Below, one piece after another: positions 19,347-28,839 of a stretch of DNA of 64,000 nt (position 1 is its first letter; each line of letters begins with the position of its first letter). The notes under the pieces were generated by a model. It saw only the letters and a list, made by a program, of their open reading frames with translations, made no database searches and was not told the origin of the DNA. Position numbers and translations under genes: made by a program. This stretch comes from Dehalococcoidia bacterium (GTDB lineage Bacteria > Chloroflexota > Dehalococcoidia > Lucifugimonadales > Lucifugimonadaceae): positions 1,298,031 to 1,362,030 of the forward strand of contig CBDEUI010000004.1 of assembly GCA_965243235.1 (NCBI GenBank). The letters are read 5' to 3'.

Positions 19347-20255
19347 TTAGACGTCGAGTTTCATCAGCTCCTCGGCGTAGACTACTTGGCCGTTGTAGAC
19401 CTCGCGGATGTCGCCGATGCCCTTTTCTAACGGGCCGTGCTGTGAGATGTGTGGCCCCATATGAACGAGCACGAGCTTTTTGACACCCGCGGCTTCGGCC
19501 ATTCGACCGGCGCCAGTAGTGCCGCACTGTCCAAACGACTCTCCATCCTCGTCCATCAGCTCTTGATCGTCCCAACACATGCACAACATAACGTCGGCAT
19601 CACGCGCCAGTTCCGTAACCGAGTCGCAAGGCTGAGTGTCACCAGTGAAAACTATGGATTTGCCACCTTTGGTGTCGAGACGATAAGCCAGGGAGTCGAG
19701 ATATGGCTGCACGTGCTCGGCAGGCGCAGCCGTAACCTCCCACTTGTCAGCGATTTTGACGGTGCCGGGCCCTATGTCTCGCGAGTAGACGACCGGAGGT
19801 TTGCGCGGCAGAGTTCCTCCTCGATTGACGTGGATTTTCTGACTGAGCGGATGACTCACCCGCGCGATCCAATCATGAGCAAAAATCCCCTCCTCTTTGT
19901 CCAGCACCCCATGCGTGATCCGCTCAGTCAGCGTCGGACCATACACGCTCAACGTGTTCTCCTTCCCAATCGACTGATCCCAGCGGCATAGCAGGAAGCA
20001 GGGATAGTCAATGTCGTGATCGAAGTGGTGGTGAGTGAAAAACAGATTGTCAATCTCAGTCGGCCAAAGTCCAGACTGCACCAACTTATGAGTAGCCGCA
20101 GGCCCGCAATCGAACATGATCTTCTCCCCATCAACATCTGCAACGTAAGCGGAGCCGAAGCGGGTAGGAGTTGGCGTCGGAGTGCCAGCGCCTAGGATGT
20201 GGAGGGACGTGGGGAGTTTGGAGTTGGGCATGGGGGGTAGTTTAGTGGGTTTCAA
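19347..20255 (-). CDS. MBL-fold metallo-hydrolase, paralog 2 (tandem duplicate)
   Basis: 302 aa. Colinear with the neighbouring gene and roughly 60% identical by eye (LHILGAGTP..., [50 protein letters not shown]). Confidence 0.8.
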   Translation of the reverse strand: MKPTKLPPMPNSKLPTSLHILGAGTPTPTPTRFGSAYVADVDGEKIMFDCGPAATHKLVQSGLWPTEIDNLFFTHHHFDHDIDYPCFLLCRWDQSIGKENTLSVYGPTLTERITHGVLDKEEGIFAHDWIARVSHPLSQKIHVNRGGTLPRKPPVVYSRDIGPGTVKIADKWEVTAAPAEHVQPYLDSLAYRLDTKGGKSIVFTGDTQPCDSVTELARDADVMLCMCWDDQELMDEDGESFGQCGTTGAGRMAEAAGVKKLVLVHMGPHISQHGPLEKGIGDIREVYNGQVVYAEELMKLDV

Positions 20256-20290
20256 AGGTGTTTACTTGTGCCTCCGATAAACTTGAAATC

Positions 20291-22159
20291 GTGACCACCC
20301 AACACCTAATACGCAATTTCTGCATCATCGCACACGTCGATCATGGGAAGTCGACGTTGGCTGATCGGATGATCGAGTTGACGGGCGCAGTTTCGGAGCG
20401 GGAACTAGTGGAGCAGCATCTGGATACGATGGATCTGGAGCGCGAGCGGGGGATCACAATCAAGGCGCAAGCGGTGCGGTTGGGATTTGAGTCGCGGGAT
20501 GGTGAGGTGTATCAGCTGAATCTGATCGATACGCCCGGGCATGTCGACTTCTCGTACGAGGTGTCTCGGAGTCTGGCGGCTTGCGAGGCGGCGGTGTTGT
20601 TGATAGACGCGTCGCAGGGAATTCAGGCGCAGACGATGGCGAATGTCTATCTGGCGCTGGAGAACGATCTGGTGATTATTCCGGCGATCAACAAGATCGA
20701 TATGCCGAACGCGGAGCCGGAACGTGTGGCATCAGAGATGGTGGACACGTTCGGGTTCAGCGAAGACGAGATGCTATGGGTCTCGGGCAAGACGGGCGAG
20801 GGCGTGGAAGAACTGCTGGAGCGGATTGTTGAGTTGACGCCTCCACCTGTGGGTGAGTTGGATCAACCATTGCAGGCGTTGGTATTCGACAGCAAGTACG
20901 ACTCGTTCAAAGGCGTGGTTGCGTACGTTCGCGTTCTCGACGGGCAGATCAAGGCGCGTGACCGGGCGAAGTTCATGGATTCTGGAGCGAACGGCGAGGT
21001 TTTGGAGGTGGGATACTTTTCGCCGACGGTAATGCGTGCGCCAGAGGGCTTGAGAGTCGGAGAGGTCGGATACGTAGCAACGGGCATCAAGGAGGTTGGC
21101 GATGTGATGGTTGGCGACACGATGACGCTGGTCAAGGAAGCCGCTGTCGAACCTCGTGTGCAGTACCAAGAGCAGAAACCGATGGTGTTCACGGGGCTAT
21201 ATCCGTCCGACGCAAACGACTACGGCGAGCTGCGGGAAGCACTTGGGAAGTTGAGGTTGAATGATGCCGCGCTGGTATTCGAGCCGGAGTCGTCATCGGC
21301 ATTGGGCTTCGGATTCAGATGCGGTTTCCTCGGACTCCTACACATGGAGGTGGTGCAGGAGCGATTGGAGCGCGAGTACGAGTTGGAATTGATCACGACG
21401 GCTCCGAGTGTGGAGTTTCAGGTCATGCTGAACGACGGCGAGATCATCTACGTCGAGAACCCGTCAAAGTTGCCTGAGAAGAAGGACTACGCCGAGATTT
21501 TGGAGCCTTGGGTTGACTTGTCCATTATCGTCCCAGCGGCCTACTACGGGAATGTGATGGAACTGGTGACGCAGAAACGCGGCGTGTTCAAACGGATGGA
21601 GTATTTGCAGACGCAGGCAGCGGGGTCGGCCAACGGTACGACGTCAGGCTCGATTAACGGTGCAGGTCGCAACGCGCGAGTGATGCTGGAATACGAGGCC
21701 CCGCTATCCGCGATATTAGTAGATTTCCACGACATGCTGAAATCGGCTACGCAAGGATACGCGTCGATGGACTACCAGACGTCTGGCTATCGTGAGGCGA
21801 ACATGGTCAAACTCGACATTCTCGTCAACCACGAGGAGGTCGATGCTCTGAGCAGCATCGTCCACTCGTCGGAGGCGGCTGATACTGGTCGAAAGCTGGC
21901 GTCGAAATTGAAGGATCTGATTCCGCGGCAGATGTTTGCGGTGCCGATACAAGCCGCGATTGGTGGCAAGATCGTGGCGCGGACTAACGTAAAGGCGTTG
22001 CGGAAGAATGTGCTAGCAAAATGCTATGGCGGCGACGTGACGCGTAAACGGAAGCTTCTGGAACGTCAGAAGGAAGGGAAGAGACGGCGCGCCAAAATGG
22101 TTGGTTCGGTCGAAGTGCCCCAAGAGGCATTCATGGCCGTCTTGCAGTTGCGGAACTGA
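20291..22159 (+). CDS. lepA: Translation elongation factor 4
   Basis: G-domain motifs [21 protein letters not shown], plus the LepA C-terminal domain. GTG 20291 gives the canonical N-terminus ([10 protein letters not shown]...). The ORF track starts at 20258. Confidence 0.9.
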   Translation: MTTQHLIRNFCIIAHVDHGKSTLADRMIELTGAVSERELVEQHLDTMDLERERGITIKAQAVRLGFESRDGEVYQLNLIDTPGHVDFSYEVSRSLAACEAAVLLIDASQGIQAQTMANVYLALENDLVIIPAINKIDMPNAEPERVASEMVDTFGFSEDEMLWVSGKTGEGVEELLERIVELTPPPVGELDQPLQALVFDSKYDSFKGVVAYVRVLDGQIKARDRAKFMDSGANGEVLEVGYFSPTVMRAPEGLRVGEVGYVATGIKEVGDVMVGDTMTLVKEAAVEPRVQYQEQKPMVFTGLYPSDANDYGELREALGKLRLNDAALVFEPESSSALGFGFRCGFLGLLHMEVVQERLEREYELELITTAPSVEFQVMLNDGEIIYVENPSKLPEKKDYAEILEPWVDLSIIVPAAYYGNVMELVTQKRGVFKRMEYLQTQAAGSANGTTSGSINGAGRNARVMLEYEAPLSAILVDFHDMLKSATQGYASMDYQTSGYREANMVKLDILVNHEEVDALSSIVHSSEAADTGRKLASKLKDLIPRQMFAVPIQAAIGGKIVARTNVKALRKNVLAKCYGGDVTRKRKLLERQKEGKRRRAKMVGSVEVPQEAFMAVLQLRN

Positions 22160-22174
22160 TCGCTCGATTTCCCT

Positions 22175-22377
22175 CTAGTTACCGATCAACGTTTGGATCA
22201 GCGTGGCAATTGCCGATGCGGCGACGGTTGAGGCGACAAAGAGCCCGAACATTCGCCGCGTCAGCCGAGTTTCAAACTCTGCGATCTCCGCCCGCAGATC
22301 GGCTTTGGTGGGAAGTGCACCAAGACGTGGCCTAGTTCTTCGCGGAATTCTGATCTGGTTATGGGTTGTTCGGTCAT
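22175..22377 (-). pseudogene. Small tail-anchored membrane protein ORF with an apparent 1-nt frameshift
   Basis: From ATG 22377 one frame reads MTEQPITRSEFREELGHVLVHFP and then hits a stop. The adjacent frame continues TKADLRAEIAEFETRLTRRMFGLFVASTVAASAIATLIQTLIGN*. The switch point is at the CCC run near 22305. Confidence 0.3.
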
Positions 22378-22392
22378 TGCCGTTAGGCGCTT

Positions 22393-23265
22393 CTAAAGTT
22401 CCGCTGCGAAGTCGACGATCATTTGGCGCATAGTCGGGTCTTTAGCCGCTTGGTGCAGAGTCGCACCGAACATGCCTTCAGGGACGCCCGCGTCATAGCG
22501 TGTGGCCTCTACGGTGACGGCGTGAGTGGGGTAATCGTCCATACATGCGATGATGGCGTCGGTGAGCCATATCTCCCCGCCTGCTCCTCGCTCCATTCGT
22601 TCAAGGTGCTCGAAGACCGCAGGATCCAAGGCGTAGCGCCCAATGATTGCGAGGTTGCTTGGAGCCTCATCGCGTGGCGGTTTTTCGACCATCTGCTCGA
22701 TTGCGATGACGTTCGGCTCGACGGAGGGTCCAGCAACGATTCCTTTAGTGTGGACATCGTCCCACGAGGTTTCGGTGACGGCGATGACGTTTCCACCGTA
22801 TCGGTCTCGGACATCGAGGATCTGAGCGGTAGACGAGTACTCGCCCCATAGGATTTCGTCGGGAAAGATGACGACGAAGGGTTCATCGTCTACGAAGTTC
22901 TTTGCGAGAAGAATGGCGTGTCCATTGCCGAGGGGTTCGAGTTGTTTGATGGATGTGATCCGTGCTTGGCTAGATATCTCGACCATTTGATCGGCGAGTT
23001 CGTCGCGTCCGGTCTGCCTGAGTCTCCCTTCGAGGTCAGGCATGGAGTGGAAGTATGAACCGACGCTTCTTGCGTCTTCGACTATTGCGATGTCGGTGAT
23101 GCCGGCTTCAACGGCATCGTTGACAGCGTGTTGGACGAGGGGGATTCCAAGTACCGGAAGCAGGGCCTTGGGAACACTGCGGGTCACTGGCAGAAATCGA
23201 GTGCCTAGTCCGGCGACAGGGATTATTGCTTTTGTAGTCGCGGAATTTGCGCTGTTTAAGGTCAT
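22393..23265 (-). CDS. galU: UTP--glucose-1-phosphate uridylyltransferase
   Basis: AIIPVAGLGTRFLPVTRSVPKALLPV motif. Start placed at Met 23265, because the longer ORF (to 23391) would overlap the SRP RNA gene. Confidence 0.85.
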   Translation of the reverse strand: MTLNSANSATTKAIIPVAGLGTRFLPVTRSVPKALLPVLGIPLVQHAVNDAVEAGITDIAIVEDARSVGSYFHSMPDLEGRLRQTGRDELADQMVEISSQARITSIKQLEPLGNGHAILLAKNFVDDEPFVVIFPDEILWGEYSSTAQILDVRDRYGGNVIAVTETSWDDVHTKGIVAGPSVEPNVIAIEQMVEKPPRDEAPSNLAIIGRYALDPAVFEHLERMERGAGGEIWLTDAIIACMDDYPTHAVTVEATRYDAGVPEGMFGATLHQAAKDPTMRQMIVDFAAEL

Positions 23266-23345
23266 TTGTCTTGAGTCTAACCGAGTAGATTGCCCCTTCT
23301 TTGGTTTGATACGACGAAGATAGTCCGATGGTTTACGATTCAAGG

Positions 23346-23622
23346 ATGCGGTCGTGCCAAGCGGGGAGCTAGCGGTGCCCTGAACCTGCAATCCGCTCAG
23401 CAGGGCCGGAATCCTCGTGGAGGTTTCGCAGTTCGAACCGCTGGCATTCGATGCTCGGTGTTGAGAGTCGGGTTCTTGCGCGGCAGAGTCCCGTGAACCC
23501 CGTCAGGTCCGGAAGGAAGCAGCGGTAAGCGGATAGCTCTGGGCGACGCAGGGTGATCTGATTCGAGCCGAGGCGGGTGCCAAGTACGGGCTACATTCCG
23601 AATTCGAGGTGCACGGCCGCAT
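23346..23622 (+). ncRNA. ffs: Signal recognition particle RNA, long (Bacillus-type, with Alu domain)
   Basis: Domain IV motif GTCAGGTCCGGAAGGAAGCAGCGGTAAG at about 23502-23529. The 5' region GCGGGGAGCTAGCGGTGCCCTGAACCTGCAATCCGCTCAGCAGGGCCGGAATCC resembles, from my memory of it, the Alu-domain 5' region of long Bacillus-type SRP RNA (not re-aligned against a reference). Terminal helix pairs ATGCGGTCGTGC (23346-23357) with GCACGGCCGCAT (23611-23622). Confidence 0.85.
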
Positions 23623-23650
23623 TGACCTGTTCAGATATCGAAATCGCCAT

Positions 23651-24487
23651 ATGCCGCGCCGACGACTAGGTCAGCACTTTCTACGCGACAGCTCAGTCGC
23701 CCGACGTATCGTCAACGCGGCCGATATATCGGTCGGCGACACTGTCGTTGAGATCGGTCCCGGTAATGGCGCGTTAACGCATCACATCGTTGATGCCGCG
23801 AGCTTCGCCGGCAGTTCTGTTGTACTAGTCGAAATCGACCCGAAATACGCGGTCCTGATGGAAGACAAATTCGCATCCAATCCTGATGTGCGAGTTGTAT
23901 GCGCTGACGCCCGGGACGTCGATTTCGAAGATTTGCCGGAGTTGTCTAAGGGAAATCCATACAAGATAGTTGCCAATCTTCCGTACTATGCTGGAACGCC
24001 GATCGTCAGATCGTTTCTGGAACGCGAACACAAACCGAAAAGTATGATCGTGATGCTGCAACGCGAGGTCGCGCGGGATATGTGCGCAACACCCGGCAAA
24101 ATGAGTCTGTTGTCGCTGGCGGTCCAGATATACGCAGAACCCAAGAAACTCTTTGATGTCCCGCCCGCAGCGTTTCGCCCGCCGCCAAAGGTACATTCGA
24201 CGGTGATCAAGTTAGTGCCACGGTCGGAGCCATTAACAGCTTTGGACGAGATTGATGACCTCTTCAAAGTTGCGCGTTCCGCTTTCGTGGGTCGTCGCAA
24301 GCAGCTTCACAACTCGTTGGCGAACGGATTGGGCATGACGACAGATGAAGTGAAAGAGATGACGGCCGCGGTCGGGATCGACAGCGAGCGACGTCCCGCG
24401 ACATTGGGTATCGATGAGTGGATCGTGTTGACGCATCATTGGCGAAACGCATATCGGAGTGATAAGACCGAAGTCGTCGCAGGCTAA
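23651..24487 (+). CDS. rsmA: 16S rRNA (adenine1518/1519-N6)-dimethyltransferase
   Basis: RRLGQHFL N-terminus and SAM motif VVEIGPGNGALT. Start placed at ATG 23651, downstream of the SRP RNA. Confidence 0.9.
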   Translation: MPRRRLGQHFLRDSSVARRIVNAADISVGDTVVEIGPGNGALTHHIVDAASFAGSSVVLVEIDPKYAVLMEDKFASNPDVRVVCADARDVDFEDLPELSKGNPYKIVANLPYYAGTPIVRSFLEREHKPKSMIVMLQREVARDMCATPGKMSLLSLAVQIYAEPKKLFDVPPAAFRPPPKVHSTVIKLVPRSEPLTALDEIDDLFKVARSAFVGRRKQLHNSLANGLGMTTDEVKEMTAAVGIDSERRPATLGIDEWIVLTHHWRNAYRSDKTEVVAG

Positions 24488-24493
24488 ACGATC

Positions 24494-25381
24494 GTGATCG
24501 TTGAACACGCATACGCGAAGCTGAATCTGACGCTTGAGGTGATCAGAAAGCGCACCGATGGGTATCACGATTTGGCGACGATATTGCAGACAGTCGACCT
24601 TCACGACACGCTGGAATTTCGCGACAACGAAGGGATCGAATTCGAGTGTTCTGACGCGTCGTTAGCCGATAACGACAATCTCGTGGTTCGTTCAGCCGAA
24701 GCGCTCCTCAAAACTGCTGGTACTGACCGGGGAGCACATATCAACCTACGCAAACGAATTCCGGTTTCTGCCGGGTTAGGTGGCGGTTCTGCCGATGCGG
24801 CAGCCACGTTGCGAGGATTGAATCGGCTGTGGGAATTGGGATTATCTGAAAACGAGTTAGTCGAGATTGCAGCTGAAGTAGGTTCGGACGTGCCGTTTCT
24901 GATTAGCGGCGGTACAGCCTTGGCAAGCGGACGAGGAGAGAGATTGGAGCGTTTGCCGGCTCCCGAGCACGGGTGGTTCGTGATCGTTACGCCGCGCAAT
25001 GTTGGTGATGATGGTTCGGGATTGAACAAGACGGCGCGGATGTTCGGCATGTTGACTTCAACCGCGCATACGACCGGGAGCCTGACGCGGAAGTTGGCAG
25101 CTCGGATGATCGAGAAAGGCGATTGCCATACGGCATTCATGTTCAACGTCTTTCAGCAGCTTGCACCGCACACGTTTCCGGGTTGGCAGAAGATTCACGA
25201 CGGATTCGCAGGCCTGGGTGCCTCCGACATCGTTCTGACTGGCGCGGGCCCCTCGATGTTCGCGGTCGCACCAAGCAAGGAAGTGGCGACGGCTTGGGCT
25301 TTGTTGACGAAAGCGCGTATGGGATGTGAAGCGTTTGCGGTGGGATTGGCGTCCCGCATCGAGATCGATCCGGAGCAATGA
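24494..25381 (+). CDS. ispE: 4-diphosphocytidyl-2-C-methyl-D-erythritol kinase
   Basis: AYAKLNLTLEV N-terminus and GHMP kinase motif PVSAGLGGGSADAAA. Confidence 0.9.
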   Translation: MIVEHAYAKLNLTLEVIRKRTDGYHDLATILQTVDLHDTLEFRDNEGIEFECSDASLADNDNLVVRSAEALLKTAGTDRGAHINLRKRIPVSAGLGGGSADAAATLRGLNRLWELGLSENELVEIAAEVGSDVPFLISGGTALASGRGERLERLPAPEHGWFVIVTPRNVGDDGSGLNKTARMFGMLTSTAHTTGSLTRKLAARMIEKGDCHTAFMFNVFQQLAPHTFPGWQKIHDGFAGLGASDIVLTGAGPSMFAVAPSKEVATAWALLTKARMGCEAFAVGLASRIEIDPEQ

Positions 25382-25806
25382 CACCCGCATTGGACATATT
25401 GGCGGGAATGCTGTGTGGCACGTTGATGGGATTGATAGCCTCCGCACACGCGGCAGTCATGTTGACGGCCCGCCCACCGCGGATGATTCAACAGCGTATC
25501 GAGGAAGGCGGATCGTCAAATCTGGTGACTGTGATCGTGTTCGGATTGGTAGTGGTGTGGACGATATTAGGTGTGTTTGCCGCACTCGCCGCGGATGCGG
25601 TGTTGCCTGATGTAGTAGCAATGACACTGGTGCCAAATTCGGCGTATCTGGTAGCTGTGGTTTTGGTTTTGGTGATGATGGGCGCGCCCGTAATGCTGTT
25701 TCTACGAGACAGATGGATGCACGGAATGTTCAGTTTGCTGATCGCACTCTGTATCTACGGATTCTTGATTCCCAACGCAGTGATCGCGTTGCAGAATCGA
25801 GCGTGA
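25378..25806 (+). CDS. Hypothetical integral membrane protein (about 4 TM)
   Basis: 142 aa, hydrophobic helices. ATGA overlap with the ispE stop. Confidence 0.6.
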   Translation: MTPALDILAGMLCGTLMGLIASAHAAVMLTARPPRMIQQRIEEGGSSNLVTVIVFGLVVVWTILGVFAALAADAVLPDVVAMTLVPNSAYLVAVVLVLVMMGAPVMLFLRDRWMHGMFSLLIALCIYGFLIPNAVIALQNRA

Positions 25807-25840
25807 CGAACATAAGCAGTCCAAAAGGCGGTTTTCGGAT

Positions 25841-26653
25841 ATGACGAGCAGAAATAGATTTGAGGGCAAGGTTGCTTTGCTGACTGGTTCGGCGTCTGCG
25901 TTGAAGGATGCGCGGATGGGGTTTGGTGGGTGTGCGGCTTGGAAGATGTTGGAAGAGGGTGGGAAGGTTGTGATTTCGGATATTCAGGATGAGAAGGGCG
26001 AGGCTTCAGCGGAGCAGATGCGTTCGGAGGGGCATGATGCGATTTACATGCGGTTGGACGTTTTAGATGAGGGGAACTGGTCTGAAATCGTTGCGAAAAC
26101 GGTGGAGGCGTTCGGGCGTTTGGACATCTTGGTGAACTTGGCAGGTGCTCAGGATCGAGGTACGCTCTACGAGGTAGATGTCGATGAGTGGCGAAGAGTG
26201 ATGGAGATCAGCACGACGGGAATTCTCCTCGGTACGCGCGCCGTGATACCGCCGATGACGGAAACCGGGGGCGGCTCGATAGTCAACATGTCCTCGATGG
26301 CCGGTAAGTTTGCGGGCGAATACGGTTCCGCTTATGCGATGTCCCGCGCCGGAATGTTGCACTTCACCCGCGCCTCAGCGATTCAGCTCGCGAAGTTCGG
26401 TATACGTTGCAACTCAGTCCTGCCAGGATGGGTTCACACACCCTTCACCGAGCACATCTACGCGGTCGATTCAGAACGTGATTGGCGATCTGAACGAGTA
26501 CCCCTAGGCAGATGGGGCGAGCCGGAAGAGATCGCCGACGCAGTCTGTTTCCTCGCCTCAGACGAGGCTTCATACATCACGGGCTCGGAGTTGTTGGTGG
26601 ATGGTGGCGTTACGGCAGGATTCAAGGGCAATACGATGCCGGATGGGGATTGA
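25841..26653 (+). CDS. Short-chain dehydrogenase/reductase, divergent
   Basis: 270 aa with SDR layout. The catalytic Tyr is present, but the usual YxxxK reads YAMSR, and the Gly-rich loop carries an insertion. Confidence 0.8.
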   Translation: MTSRNRFEGKVALLTGSASALKDARMGFGGCAAWKMLEEGGKVVISDIQDEKGEASAEQMRSEGHDAIYMRLDVLDEGNWSEIVAKTVEAFGRLDILVNLAGAQDRGTLYEVDVDEWRRVMEISTTGILLGTRAVIPPMTETGGGSIVNMSSMAGKFAGEYGSAYAMSRAGMLHFTRASAIQLAKFGIRCNSVLPGWVHTPFTEHIYAVDSERDWRSERVPLGRWGEPEEIADAVCFLASDEASYITGSELLVDGGVTAGFKGNTMPDGD

Positions 26654-26747
26654 AGACGGATACTCTGCGCGTTAAGATTACTTCCTCGGAATCCGAAAAG
26701 TTGGTACACGCTTGAATGCCATCAAACCCACAAAGAGAATTTGATCG

Positions 26748-28094
26748 ATGATTGATCAGGTGAGAAGCCGGATTTTGGAGTGGGATTGGCGACTCTTCTC
26801 GTTCATCATCTTGTTCTTGGGATTGCCGAACGTATATCAGCTGTATCGCGTGCGATTGATCGGCAACGAGATCCCTGATCCTGGCAGTCTGGCGATAGTT
26901 TCACAGTGGCAGTTTGTGGGGTTAGTGGTGGAAGTGTTCCAAGAGGCTTCCGTGTTGGCGATTTTCTTTTTCTTGGGTTCACAACTGGGACGTGGCCGTA
27001 TCGTTCAACTAGATCGAGCGAAAAGTGTGATGTCAATCATCTTCGTCGCTTCGTTGATCTTTTCAATCGGTATTTTTCTGTTCAGAGACCAGTTCATCAC
27101 GCTTATCGGCACGTCTGACGAAATCCAAGCTCAAACGCGTAGCTTTCTAGGGATCAACATATTCAGCGTTCCGTTCAGTCTGTTGGCTGCTGCGATAGTT
27201 GTCCTGTTCCAATCACTGCGAATGCGTCGATACGTGTTTCTGATGGCGATCGTCAACGTTGCCCTACAGTTCGCACTGGATAGTCTTTTGTTCGGAGGGT
27301 ATGCCTTTTCGCTTGACGCAGGCGTGATTGGAGTAGGGTGGTCAACTTTGCTTTCCAGTGCGGGATTGTTCGCAGTTGGGCTAATTCTGTTGATTTTGGA
27401 CCGCGGTGTGTCAACAGAAATGTTAGCTACGCTTCCGACTTTCGCCGATGTGAAGGATTATCTGCGCGTCGGATTGGGAAGCGGCACCGACAGCTTAGTT
27501 CGCAACGTGGCTTACTTCGTGATGATCGTACGGATCGTCAACACGATCGGTTCTGAGGAAATCGGAGGTTACTACCTCGCCATCCAAGTCCTGTGGAGTT
27601 TCATGTTGGTACCGGTGCTGGCTTTGGCGGACACTACAAAGGCATTGGTTGCCAACTCAGCTCACGATATTCCACGGGTGCGGATTCTTTGGTACACATC
27701 TATGGGCATTACGGCTTGCATGATCTTGATTTGGCTGGCCTTGGTTCCGCTTTTCTCGAGTTTCGCGAATTTCTTGTCCGATGATGAGACAACGGTAAGG
27801 TGGGCGATCACGGCATTCAGCCTACTTTTCGTGCCATATGTGTTGTTCTGCTTCAATACGGTTTCAGATGGTGTGTTTTACGGGGTCGGACAGACCAAAT
27901 TCATGGCTTACCAATCGCTGTTAACCAACGGTACGGTCTATCTTGTCGGTTTCGTGCTCTACGCGTTGGGCATCTGGGAACCAACATTCCAGAGTGTCAT
28001 GTTGCTGTTCTCGCTAGGTATTCTCGTGGATTCGATTCTCACGATACTTTTCCTGCTTAAGGTCCTCTACTTAGATACGACCGATCGCTTATAG
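26748..28094 (+). CDS. MATE/MOP-superfamily efflux or flippase-like transporter
   Basis: 448 aa, about 12 TM, with a MATE-like internal repeat. Confidence 0.7.
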   Translation: MIDQVRSRILEWDWRLFSFIILFLGLPNVYQLYRVRLIGNEIPDPGSLAIVSQWQFVGLVVEVFQEASVLAIFFFLGSQLGRGRIVQLDRAKSVMSIIFVASLIFSIGIFLFRDQFITLIGTSDEIQAQTRSFLGINIFSVPFSLLAAAIVVLFQSLRMRRYVFLMAIVNVALQFALDSLLFGGYAFSLDAGVIGVGWSTLLSSAGLFAVGLILLILDRGVSTEMLATLPTFADVKDYLRVGLGSGTDSLVRNVAYFVMIVRIVNTIGSEEIGGYYLAIQVLWSFMLVPVLALADTTKALVANSAHDIPRVRILWYTSMGITACMILIWLALVPLFSSFANFLSDDETTVRWAITAFSLLFVPYVLFCFNTVSDGVFYGVGQTKFMAYQSLLTNGTVYLVGFVLYALGIWEPTFQSVMLLFSLGILVDSILTILFLLKVLYLDTTDRL

Positions 28095-28116
28095 GTTCCA
28101 GTCAGACAACCGGCAC

Positions 28117-28144
28117 TTGATAATCACTACAATTGTAGTAATAT
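28117..28144 (+). promoter_or_regulatory. Candidate sigma70-type promoter TTGATA-N16-TAATAT with an embedded 14-nt perfect palindrome
   Basis: -35 TTGATA at 28117-28122 and -10 TAATAT at 28139-28144. The spacer contains ACTACAATTGTAGT (28126-28139). The block is AT-rich in otherwise GC-rich sequence. Confidence 0.35.
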
Positions 28145-28149
28145 AGCAA

Positions 28150-28800
28150 CTAGGCGCCGATCCGACCACCGTTGGAGCGGCGCCCCGAAAAACGAAGAAT
28201 CGCCGCGTCGCAACGGAGAGCGTGCACCCTCCTTGTCGGCGCCGACAAACAAACACAATTGAATACTGCATCGGTCGCGGGCGGGTAGCACGGAGCCGCC
28301 AACACACGGCTCCGCGACGGTGTCCGCCAAAAGTCATGGAAGACGTCTGAGAGGATGGGCGAAACGCGACCGCAAAATCCGGTTACGGGGGTCGTTGTAG
28401 CTCCAGGGTCCGAATGCGGAGTGTTACGCTGGCTCCGACTAGCAAGCCAGACGTGCCTCTCCCTCCCCCTCCAGAGGGGGCCTCAGATCCCCCTCCTTCA
28501 GGAGGGGGCTGGGGGGAGGTCACGTTCAAGGTTCGGGCGAACGCATCCCCTATCCGGCAGACGTCTGCCCGATTCGTCGGTCGGGTGAGGCTACGGCATC
28601 AGCGAGGGGAGGAACCGAGCGATGACAGGGGTCGATCTTCAAGACGCCCCCGGAGAGCCGACGGTCTGGCGACGTCGGCGATGCCGGATCAAGTCGTGCA
28701 GCTACCTATCGCACGCGACCCGAAAGAAACGGCGCGGCGATGATTCGAACATCGAACAGCCGAACAAAATCCCCCCAAAGGGAGAATTGAACGCGTCCAG
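28150..28800 (+). other. Hairpin-dense non-coding spacer; candidate unclassified structured RNA or repeat cluster
   Basis: No protein-like ORF in six frames. Hairpins or palindromes at 28153-28184, 28235-28246, 28291-28314, 28465-28480, 28489-28508, 28556-28569 and 28657-28679. Strand assigned only from the putative promoter. Confidence 0.3.
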
Positions 28801-28819
28801 ACAGCGCCCACCCTAGTTC

Positions 28820-28839
28820 AAAAACGCCAAACGCGCTTT
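28820..28839 (-). terminator. Candidate intrinsic terminator of the peroxiredoxin gene
   Basis: The minus strand reads AAAGCGC-GTTTG-GCGTTTTT downstream of the stop at 28888. It is preceded by a CCTCT/AGAGG hairpin (28847-28862). Confidence 0.4.

Noticed and set aside
23266-23391. The N-terminal 42 aa of the long galU ORF, and likewise the first 14 aa of the rsmA ORF (23609-23650).
   Set aside because: Both extensions overlap the SRP RNA gene. Both precede internal Met codons that give canonical N-termini.
28355-28816. Plus-strand ORFs 28355-28588, 28414-28743 and 28622-28816, and minus-strand ORFs 28089-28337 and 28127-28330.
   Set aside because: Their composition is Arg/Pro/Gly/Ser-rich, with runs such as PPPPEGASDPPPSGGGWGE that are direct read-through of C5/G5 hairpins. 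They have no start context and overlap one another in different frames.
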